Sequence record: SRR20825006_2619
Length of the DNA stretch: 20,000 nucleotides
Reading direction: 5' to 3' (one strand)
The notes under the pieces were generated by a model that saw only the letters and a list, made by a program, of their open reading frames with translations, was not told the origin of the DNA and ran no database searches. This document shows positions 1-7,656 of this stretch, piece by piece (position 1 is the stretch's first letter; each line of letters starts with the position of its first letter). Both the position numbers and the translations under genes were made by a program.

Positions 1-402
1 CCAACATCGGCCGGAGTCATTGCGGATCGAAGTCGCAGCACACCTCGATTGGCCAACAACCGATTGCTTTGGGTCCGCGACTACGCCCAAAGCAAAACGA
101 AAGGCAATGTGGAAGCGAGTGTCTGCGAAGCCGCGTTAGATATGATCGGGATCGATCATCTGGGGCTCGACAAGCAAGATCGCAATTACTTGGACACCCT
201 GATGCGAGTATTTCTCGGCGGGCCAGCCGGGTTGGACGCGATCGCTCACACGATGAACGTCAGCTCGGACACGCTCGAAGACGAAGTCGAGCCGTTTCTG
301 CTAAGAAGCGAGTTGTTGGTTCGAACCCGGCGAGGACGCCTGGCAACTCCAAAAGCGTTTGAGCACATGAAGCGGCAAATGCCGGATCGGCCGCTTTCTT
401 AG
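1..402 (+). CDS. ruvB: Holliday junction branch migration DNA helicase RuvB, C-terminal part (5' end lies outside the window)
   Basis: Frame 1 is open from base 1: ...IADRSRSTPRLANNRLLWVRDYA matches the RuvB 'RSRGTPRIANRLLRRVRD' motif. Also GLDxxD, GGPxGL, 'TLEDEVEPFL' and 'RTRRGR' of the C-terminal winged-helix domain. Stop TAG at 400-402. Confidence 0.96.
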   Translation, partial: PTSAGVIADRSRSTPRLANNRLLWVRDYAQSKTKGNVEASVCEAALDMIGIDHLGLDKQDRNYLDTLMRVFLGGPAGLDAIAHTMNVSSDTLEDEVEPFLLRSELLVRTRRGRLATPKAFEHMKRQMPDRPLS

Positions 403-541
403 CGTCGTATGATCTCATGGTCCGAGAGCAACGAAACTCAGCGAATTCTCGGTGATTTTGCGAGAGATTGCCAAGATGGGGGCTCGTCCAACGAAGAAGG
501 TTTGAGATCACACCGGCCCCTATCAATGATTGACAGCAACG

Positions 542-1096
542 ATGAATGTCACCGACGAAACCGTTCTTTGGGAAGCGGAATTCAATCCCAAAGTCAAAGT
601 GTATTGGTTGATCAGTGCCGTTCTGACCTCGTTGCTGACGATCTTTCTGATCCCGCTGCTGCCATTGATCGCACCGATTGCTTGGTATGTGTCGGGTTTG
701 TATTTGAAGAGCCACCATTGCACGCTGACCGAGCGAACGCTGAAAGTCAGTCGTGGTGTTTTGGTGCGGCAAGAGAAGACGGTGCCCTTGGACCGGATCA
801 CGGACTTGGGTTTGGTTCAAGGACCGATCATGCGGGCACTGGAGCTGGAAGCCGTCAGCGTGGAGACGGCGGGCCAGTCTGGACCGGGCTCTTTAGTCCG
901 CCTCACTGGCATCCGAAATGGTCGAGCTTTTCGCGATGCGGTGTTGAAGCAACGCGACATGGTCGCCGGAGGCGAGCCCGCACGTTTGACTGCTACCACC
1001 CAGCCCGAGCTGCCACAGGAAGCCAACGTTCAAACGACATTGATCGAGATCCGCGACATCCTGAAACGGATCGAAGCTCGATCAACGTCGCTGTAG
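542..1096 (+). CDS. Bacterial PH domain (bPH_2 / YdbS-like) membrane protein
   Basis: Two N-terminal hydrophobic segments, then 'CTLTERTLKVSRGVLVRQEKTVPLDRITDLGLVQGPIMRALEL...VETAG', the typical bPH_2 signature. Start is ATG 542 or TTG 530. Confidence 0.8.
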   Translation: MNVTDETVLWEAEFNPKVKVYWLISAVLTSLLTIFLIPLLPLIAPIAWYVSGLYLKSHHCTLTERTLKVSRGVLVRQEKTVPLDRITDLGLVQGPIMRALELEAVSVETAGQSGPGSLVRLTGIRNGRAFRDAVLKQRDMVAGGEPARLTATTQPELPQEANVQTTLIEIRDILKRIEARSTSL

Positions 1097-1145
1097 GCCC
1101 GGTCTCCGTAAGCGAGCTACAGGTTTTGGACGACGAGCTGCGGGT

Positions 1146-2603
1146 TCAATTCTGATCGTCTGGGCCGAGGTGCCAGTCCATTGCGTCCTTCATGATGCTG
1201 GCGTTGATTTGAAGCATTTGTTGCTTCATCGCTTCAACCCGCTCGGGTTGTTCCGCGGCCAGATTCTTTGTTTGGCCGGGATCATCTTTCAAGTTGTACA
1301 ACTCAAAGTTGTGATACGTGCCATTCTTGATCGCAGGAATCCATTTTTCTTCGAACAGGTTTTTGTTCGACATCTCGTAATCACGAAAGCCAACGAGCGA
1401 ATAGTCGCCATCTCGCATCGCAACGATGGGTTGTGAGCGTTGTAGATGCCAGAACAAAGGTTGGTGGCGCTCGAAGGAATCGGCGTGCCCGGTCAAAAGC
1501 GGCGTAAGGTCGCTGCCGTCCAAGTGAACCTGGGGTGGTGAGATCTTCAGCAACCCGCAGATCGTGGGCAGCACATCGACCAAACCGGCCGGCTCGTTCG
1601 AGACAACTCCCGCGGGGATGTGACCAGGCCAGTGGAAAATCCCTGGCACGCGAATTCCGCCTTCCCAGTTGGCTCCCTTTCGTCCGCGGAGATTGCCGAC
1701 ACGATCGGTTCGATAGCTGCCATTGTCCGATGCGTAGACGATCAGTGTGTTTTCGCGAACACCCAACGCATCCAATTTCTCGAGCAGCCGTTTGATTGCT
1801 TGGTCGGTGTTGTCGATGGTGCCGGAATAGACCGCACCTTTGTCGCTCAACTTCCCGTATTTTTGCGTGACCTCATCGGGTGCCGCGATTGGTGCGTGCG
1901 GTTCGTGAAACCAAACATTCAAAAAGAACGGCTGGTCGGGATCCGATTCACGATGGCGGTCCATCCATCGGATGGCTTCATCCGCAACGAGTTGGCAGGA
2001 GTAGCCTTCGAGTTGACCGACCGGTTCACCATTGCGAATGAAGTTGTCCGGGTTGCGGTGGCTGGGTTGAGCATTGTTCCATGTGGCAAACCAATGGTCG
2101 AACCCGTGTTGATCGGGGGTCGGTTTGTCGCGTTCTTCCGTTGGCAGCCCCAAGTGCCATTTGCCAACGTGTGCGGTCGCGTATCCGGCGTCTCGAAGGA
2201 CTTCCGCCAGCGTGACTTCTCGCAAACGCAGGTGCGAGTTTTGAGACTCGTCCTGGATCCAGCTGTAAACACCAGCACGAATGTGATGGCGACCGGTCAT
2301 CAGCGTGGCACGCGAGGGTGAACAAACCGCGCAACCCGAATAGAACTGTTGAAAGCGGGTGCCGCCGGCAGCCAATTGATCAATCGTCGGTGTCTCGACG
2401 GGACCGCCGTAGCAGCCCACATCGCGATACCCCAGGTCATCGGCCAGCAACATAACGACGTTCGGACGAAGTGTCTGAGCGTGTGTTTCGCCAGCGAGCT
2501 GACCGAATGTCAGCGTCGGAGTGATAAGCAGTAGAACAGTGCACCAAAACTGGTGGGGCGACCGGCGCGGTGATGTTTGAAGATGGGTAGGTTTGCTTGG
2601 CAT
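1146..2603 (-). CDS. Formylglycine-dependent (S1) sulfatase, arylsulfatase-like, probably exported
   Basis: PNVVMLLADDLG, CSPSRATLMTGR (C-x-P-x-R FGly motif), GKWHLG, SDNG, 'WEGGIRVP', 'ELYNLKDDPGQ'. Hydrophobic N-terminal signal-like region. Confidence 0.95.
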   Translation of the reverse strand: MPSKPTHLQTSPRRSPHQFWCTVLLLITPTLTFGQLAGETHAQTLRPNVVMLLADDLGYRDVGCYGGPVETPTIDQLAAGGTRFQQFYSGCAVCSPSRATLMTGRHHIRAGVYSWIQDESQNSHLRLREVTLAEVLRDAGYATAHVGKWHLGLPTEERDKPTPDQHGFDHWFATWNNAQPSHRNPDNFIRNGEPVGQLEGYSCQLVADEAIRWMDRHRESDPDQPFFLNVWFHEPHAPIAAPDEVTQKYGKLSDKGAVYSGTIDNTDQAIKRLLEKLDALGVRENTLIVYASDNGSYRTDRVGNLRGRKGANWEGGIRVPGIFHWPGHIPAGVVSNEPAGLVDVLPTICGLLKISPPQVHLDGSDLTPLLTGHADSFERHQPLFWHLQRSQPIVAMRDGDYSLVGFRDYEMSNKNLFEEKWIPAIKNGTYHNFELYNLKDDPGQTKNLAAEQPERVEAMKQQMLQINASIMKDAMDWHLGPDDQN

Positions 2604-2828
2604 GGCAATTGGGCGGGCTAGGAGGAAGGCGGGGACGCGGCAACTTGTGGTGTGCCAAGTGGGGTAGACCGACGCATTTTAAACGAAGTGACCGCGACGC
2701 ATCGGGCGTTCGTGGAATGGGGACGTTTGGCGTGCCATGCATGCTTGGGACAAAGCATCCGTATCAGGAGCGAGCACGCAAATGGTTGACGTGAGATGGG
2801 TTGGGCGAAATCCAACTGAATTTGGCTT

Positions 2829-5800
2829 GTGTGTGGGCAATCGGCTTTCGTAGGGTCGCGGCAGGATCGCGCAATTCGTTTTGCGTTGGTCTGTGAAGTC
2901 GTTCCTCCCGCATTTCCCGCTCGAGCTGATACCCGCTTGGCTGATCGGTTCCAACCTTTCGACACATTGCCTCGTCCTTCGCGTGAAACACATTCACCGG
3001 AGGCGAGGTTGGCTGCTGCGCCATGTCGACTGAATCGAACGGCTCTCACCGCTTGGATTGGTGCGGTGATTTGCGTGTTGTTGAGTCTTTCACCGGCGTC
3101 AGCCCAACAATCTGTGGAACCTTCGGTGTACGAAGTCACCGATGTTTCACAGACGTTGCAGTTGTCCGGCGATGTTGTGAATCGTTGGCATCAAGGTGAC
3201 CGAGAATTCACGCTGGTACGCGGCAACGTCGAACTGAAATTCGAAGGCAAGCGATACGAGGCAGCTTCCATCTTCGTCGCGTTGTCCGGCAAGCAAAAAG
3301 AATTGACGGCCAGCCTATTGATGGATCGCGTGACGTTGGGGCCGGGCCAGACAACCACTCAGCCGATCGTGCGGACCGTCAAATTGGAGTCGGTGCCGAT
3401 CGTCAGAGCCGAACAGTACCGCGGACGCGCCGAAATTTTACCGGCTTGGTGGGCAAAGATGGGCATCCGTCCGGATACACCCAGCCAAGTCGCACCGCCC
3501 AACCAACTTGCACAGCCCAGCCAGCTCGGTTCAGGATCGCCCTCGCCAGATTCTCAGTACATCCAACCCGTTCAGTATCTCGAACCGGTGATGGGCGAAC
3601 CCAATTTGCCGTCCGGCGGCTTGGTGCTCGATCCTCCCGTGGTTTCCAACCAGCCACCTCCGGTTCAAAGCTTTCAGCCTCCAGTGATGGAGACGTCCCC
3701 TTCTGTGACCACGATGCCAAGCATCACAGGTATCGGGGGATCGCCTTTTATCGTCGCAGGTGGAACGAGAGCGATCAGCATCACGTCACGCGGTTCGAAT
3801 ACACCCGCGGATCTGCAATACATCAATCGTCCCGGAACAAACGAATCGGTAGCGATTGGTCGTGGCGGGATCACCGTGACCGTCCAAGACGTTTCGGCTC
3901 GTTTGCCCAGCGGCGAAATCATGCCACTTGGCACGGTGTCATTGTCGGCCAACAGGATCGTCGCCTGGATGCCTCGATTGAGTGATGTCTTTCAAGGGCT
4001 CCAGGATTTCAAATCCAACGATGGCGAGATTTATCTCGAAGGCGACATCGTGTTTCAACAAGGTGACAGGGTCATCTATGCCGAATCGATGTACTACAAC
4101 GTCACTCGAGAAGTCGGCATGGTGTTGGATGCGGAGACGATCACAACGATTCCTGAATACGCGGGTACGGTGCGATTGAAAGCGGAGGTGATGCAGCAAA
4201 TCAATCGCGGCAACTTCACCGCCATCGACGCGGCAGTCACCAGCAGCCGAATGGGCGTTCCTCGTTATTGGTTGCAAAGCAATCGTTTGGAACTGACCCA
4301 GCGATCCACGGTGCGTGCGGATCCGATCACGGGACAACCGATCGCAGACAGCGAACCGATCATCACCAGTGGCGGCAACTTTGTTTATCTGGGCGGTGTG
4401 CCCGTGCTGGCTTGGCCGAGGTTCACGACGCCGCTTCGAAAGCCGACGTTTTATTTGACCGGTGCGGATGTACGGAACGACGACATCTTTGGCTCACAGG
4501 TGTTGTTGGAATGGGATTTGTTTCAACTGCTTGGATTTACCAATCCGCCCGACGGCGTCGAAACAATTTTGCTCACTGATTACTTGAGCGAACGCGGTCC
4601 CGCCGTGGGGACTCGAACGACTTACGCGTTGCCGAGTTTGTTTGGATTCGGCGGACCGGCATCGGGAACTTACGACAGCTACATCATCAAGGACGACGGG
4701 TTGGATGTCCTGGGACAAGGTCGTCGCGATTTGCAACCCGAAGAAACCTACCGAGGACGAGCGACGTTGCAGCATCGACATCACTTGCCCGGCGATTGGG
4801 AATTCATCGCCGAGGTGGGCTATTTGAGCGATCGCAACTTCCTGGAACAGTACTTCGAATCCGAGTGGGATCAGGACGCTGATCATCGGACTGGATTGCG
4901 ATTCCGCAAGTACGCCGGTTCGCAGATGTTGGACATTGCGGCCAACTTCCAGGTCAACGATTTCTTCATGGAAACCGAAGAACTGCCCACGATCGAGCAT
5001 TACGCTTTGGGTGGATCGATTTTCGCGGACACACTGACGTGGTCGATGCACAATGAGATCGGATACAAGCATTTGCAGGTCGCTGATGTTCCCGAGGACC
5101 CAGTGATTGCGGCGGGCACGTACACGCTGCCGGGTGAACTGGACCGCGAAGGTGTGGTGACACGAACACGGCAGGAAATTTCGGCACCGATCAACGCTGG
5201 TCCCGTGAAAGTGATTCCGTTTGCAATTGGTGAGGCGGCTCACTACGGCGAAGGAGCCAACGGCGACGACGTGACACGGTTGTGGGGCGGCGGCGGTCTG
5301 CGTTTGAACTTGCCCATGTCGCGAGTCGATCCAACGATCCAAAGTTCACTACTGAATATTCGCGGATTGGCTCACAAAATCGATTGGTCGGCAGAGTATT
5401 TCTATGCTGACAGCGACACGGACATCGATGAGCTGCCCTACTACGATCCGCTGGATGACAACGCTCAGGAAGAGTTTCGACGCGTGTTCACGGGGACGTT
5501 GTTCGGGGGCACCCTGCCGCCGGAGTTTGACCCAAGAAACTATGCGTTCCGTCAGGGGATCCAGCGCAACGTGACCAGTCCCAGCGACACGGTTGCCGAC
5601 GACCTGCAGCAATTGCGTTTGGGAATGAAGCATCGTTTCCAAACAAAACGCGGGTTGCCAGGACGCGAGCGGATTGTCGATCTGTTCCGGTTCGACATGG
5701 AAACGATTTTGTATCCTAAGGAAGACCGCGACAACTTTGGCGAGACACTTGGCCCAACGATGTTTGACGCTCAGTACAACATTGGCGATCGCTTCACGTT

Positions 5801-6209
5801 GCTAAGCGATGGCTACATCGACTTCTTCGACAATGGCTTGCGTTCGATCAGTGCCGGGTTCCGCACTAGTCGACCTGGTCTGGGGGATTTGTATGTTGGC
5901 GTGCTGTCGATGGAAGGTCCGATTAGCAGCACGGTTCTGCGAACCAGTTTGGATTACCGTCTGAATCACAAATGGATCGTTTCAGCCGGAAACGTGTATG
6001 ACTTTGGTGAGACTGGGAACGTCGGACAGACGCTCGGTTTGACCCGTGTCGGCGAATCTTTCTTGGTTCAATTGGCCGCCAACGTGGACGCGGGACGCGA
6101 CAACACGAGCATTGGTTTCATGGTTGAACCACGCTTTTTGCCATCAACCCGGCTCGGTCGCTTGGGCGGTCAGTTGATTCCGCCGCCTGGCGTCGAAGGG
6201 TTGGAGTGA
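2829..6209 (+). CDS. LptD/OstA-like outer-membrane LPS-assembly protein (long planctomycete type); start codon uncertain
   Basis: Signal-like stretch ending ASA-QQ. OstA-like jellyroll segment 'IYLEGDIVFQQGDRVIYAESMYYN...' and 'YLGGVPVLAWP'. 'DYLSERGPAVG', 'SDRNFLEQYF' and 'QQLRLGMKHRFQTKRG' plus amphipathic strands fit an LptD barrel. The real start may be a downstream in-frame codon such as TTG 3009. Confidence 0.72.
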   Translation: MCGQSAFVGSRQDRAIRFALVCEVVPPAFPARADTRLADRFQPFDTLPRPSRETHSPEARLAAAPCRLNRTALTAWIGAVICVLLSLSPASAQQSVEPSVYEVTDVSQTLQLSGDVVNRWHQGDREFTLVRGNVELKFEGKRYEAASIFVALSGKQKELTASLLMDRVTLGPGQTTTQPIVRTVKLESVPIVRAEQYRGRAEILPAWWAKMGIRPDTPSQVAPPNQLAQPSQLGSGSPSPDSQYIQPVQYLEPVMGEPNLPSGGLVLDPPVVSNQPPPVQSFQPPVMETSPSVTTMPSITGIGGSPFIVAGGTRAISITSRGSNTPADLQYINRPGTNESVAIGRGGITVTVQDVSARLPSGEIMPLGTVSLSANRIVAWMPRLSDVFQGLQDFKSNDGEIYLEGDIVFQQGDRVIYAESMYYNVTREVGMVLDAETITTIPEYAGTVRLKAEVMQQINRGNFTAIDAAVTSSRMGVPRYWLQSNRLELTQRSTVRADPITGQPIADSEPIITSGGNFVYLGGVPVLAWPRFTTPLRKPTFYLTGADVRNDDIFGSQVLLEWDLFQLLGFTNPPDGVETILLTDYLSERGPAVGTRTTYALPSLFGFGGPASGTYDSYIIKDDGLDVLGQGRRDLQPEETYRGRATLQHRHHLPGDWEFIAEVGYLSDRNFLEQYFESEWDQDADHRTGLRFRKYAGSQMLDIAANFQVNDFFMETEELPTIEHYALGGSIFADTLTWSMHNEIGYKHLQVADVPEDPVIAAGTYTLPGELDREGVVTRTRQEISAPINAGPVKVIPFAIGEAAHYGEGANGDDVTRLWGGGGLRLNLPMSRVDPTIQSSLLNIRGLAHKIDWSAEYFYADSDTDIDELPYYDPLDDNAQEEFRRVFTGTLFGGTLPPEFDPRNYAFRQGIQRNVTSPSDTVADDLQQLRLGMKHRFQTKRGLPGRERIVDLFRFDMETILYPKEDRDNFGETLGPTMFDAQYNIGDRFTLLSDGYIDFFDNGLRSISAGFRTSRPGLGDLYVGVLSMEGPISSTVLRTSLDYRLNHKWIVSAGNVYDFGETGNVGQTLGLTRVGESFLVQLAANVDAGRDNTSIGFMVEPRFLPSTRLGRLGGQLIPPPGVEGLE
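3480..3590 (+). repeat. Degenerate 18-bp in-frame tandem repeats in the Pro/Gln-rich linker of the LptD-like gene
   Basis: 3480-3533 encodes PSQVAP/PNQLAQ/PSQLGS (CCCAGCCAAGTCGCACCG / CCCAACCAACTTGCACAG / CCCAGCCAGCTCGGTTCA). 3555-3590 encodes QYIQPV/QYLEPV. Confidence 0.6.
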
Positions 6210-6586
6210 TGGCTCCGAAACCGGGATCTTGGGCCGCGAAATTTCGTTGTGCCACGCTCGGGGTTTGGTTCGCGTTTGGTGGACAAAGCAGCTTCTGGGT
6301 TCATCTGCCAGTCACCGCGGCGGTGATCGCCATTGCCGCTTGGCTACATTTGGAGCCGGTTCAATGGGCCGTTTTGATTCTCGCGATCGGCGGCGTGATG
6401 ACAGCGGAGTTGCTCAACACGTCGATTGAGTTGCTGGTCTCGGTTTTGCACCCGCAGCATCACCCACGAATCGGACAGGCACTCGATATCGCAGCGGGGG
6501 CTGTTTTGGTGATGAGCCTGGCTGCTGCAGCCGTCGGATTGATCGTGTTGCTGCCGCCGCTATACGGCCGCTTGTTCGGTGTCTGA
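6209..6586 (+). CDS. dgkA: Prokaryotic diacylglycerol kinase family protein (DgkA/undecaprenol kinase-like)
   Basis: ~125 aa with three hydrophobic helices. 'AELLNTSIE' and 'ALDIAAGAVL' match DAGK_prokar motifs. ATG 6209 overlaps the upstream TGA stop (TGATG); GTG 6206 is the alternative start. Confidence 0.85.
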   Translation: MAPKPGSWAAKFRCATLGVWFAFGGQSSFWVHLPVTAAVIAIAAWLHLEPVQWAVLILAIGGVMTAELLNTSIELLVSVLHPQHHPRIGQALDIAAGAVLVMSLAAAAVGLIVLLPPLYGRLFGV

Positions 6587-7603
6587 ATCGCTCGTGCTGG
6601 CTTCTTCGAGACTCTCTTGGACTTCGCGGCCGGCGGTCCAGTAAAAGATCGTCCCGATGATCGCCATCACGACTTTGACCAGTTCAAACGCCAAGGCGAC
6701 CAAGGTTCCTGATGCGTCCGTCGTTGTCGCGGGAACGATGTGGTACAGCGTTTCGATGGTCACTTCCAAGACACCGACACCGGCGGGAGTCAGCGGCAAT
6801 GCCGACATCAGCATGCCGATTGGGACGATGACAAAGTGTTCGGCCAACGTTGGCGGCAGGTCGTACATCGAGACCGCAATCAGATACATGCTGATCACAA
6901 GCAGTCCTTGTACGACAACACTCATCACGAGCGACGATGCGAACGCCCAGGGGTGATGATGGAACATCCGTAGCGGCGGGCCGACGTGCTTGATCAGCGA
7001 ACCGACCATGGGCAGCTTCTCGCCACGTTGCAGCAGCGTGTCGACGAACTTGCCGCCGAAGACCAGCATCGCCAGGATGGCCGAGCCGACCGACAGCAAC
7101 ACGATGGTGATGACCTTGATGTCATCGATTGTGATGCCATTGAATTCGAACGGGTCTTGTGACTGATGAATCAGCAGGCCACCGGAGACGAGCAACAGCA
7201 ATCCGTACAAGCCGGCACCCCGGTCAACGACTACGGAGGCGACGGCGGCAATGCGTTTTCCCGGTGAACGTCTGGCGAGGAACACCGCCTTGAATAGGTC
7301 TCCGCCCACGCTGCCGGCCGAGACAAAACTCAGCAGAAAGCAAATCGAACTCAAACGCATCGCTTCCAATAGGCTGAGCGGGATACCTTGGCAGCGAACC
7401 AGAACCCACCAACGAACAAACGAAACCAGCAGTGCGCAAATCGCAACCGCGAGCGCACCAACCAACAAAGGCATGTTGATGGATCGGGCCGTCAGGTCAT
7501 CCCACTGAGCAGGTTCGATGCGGCTGAGCAGAAACCAAATGATGGCGACTGGAACCGCGAATTTGACCAGGATGATCGCGTAGCGTTGAAAGTGTTCGGG
7601 CAT
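6560..7603 (-). CDS. Lysylphosphatidylglycerol-synthase TM-region / UPF0104 flippase-like membrane protein
   Basis: Multi-TM protein with 'VRWWVLV', 'AGSVGGDLFKA', 'ASVVVDRGAGL' and 'LPLTPAGVGVLE', typical of this family. Confidence 0.85.
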   Translation of the reverse strand: MPEHFQRYAIILVKFAVPVAIIWFLLSRIEPAQWDDLTARSINMPLLVGALAVAICALLVSFVRWWVLVRCQGIPLSLLEAMRLSSICFLLSFVSAGSVGGDLFKAVFLARRSPGKRIAAVASVVVDRGAGLYGLLLLVSGGLLIHQSQDPFEFNGITIDDIKVITIVLLSVGSAILAMLVFGGKFVDTLLQRGEKLPMVGSLIKHVGPPLRMFHHHPWAFASSLVMSVVVQGLLVISMYLIAVSMYDLPPTLAEHFVIVPIGMLMSALPLTPAGVGVLEVTIETLYHIVPATTTDASGTLVALAFELVKVVMAIIGTIFYWTAGREVQESLEEASTSDSDTEQAAV

Positions 7604-7656
7604 GCCGGCAAGAATAATTCGAGGTGAACGCTTCGGATAGGCGATGCGTTCTCGTT

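Noticed and set aside
409..1155. 248-aa + strand ORF overlapping the bPH_2 gene
   Set aside because: Alternative frame with no recognisable motif and Arg/Ser-rich composition; the overlapping frame encodes a clear family.
2604..2828. Short inverted repeats (ATGCTT/AAGCAT, GTTGG/CCAAC) and TTGACG in the divergent intergenic region
   Set aside because: The 5-6 bp stems are expected by chance, and there is no properly spaced -10 for the TTGACG.
4494..5342. 282-aa antisense ORF inside the LptD-like gene
   Set aside because: Antisense shadow typical of GC-rich coding DNA; no motifs.
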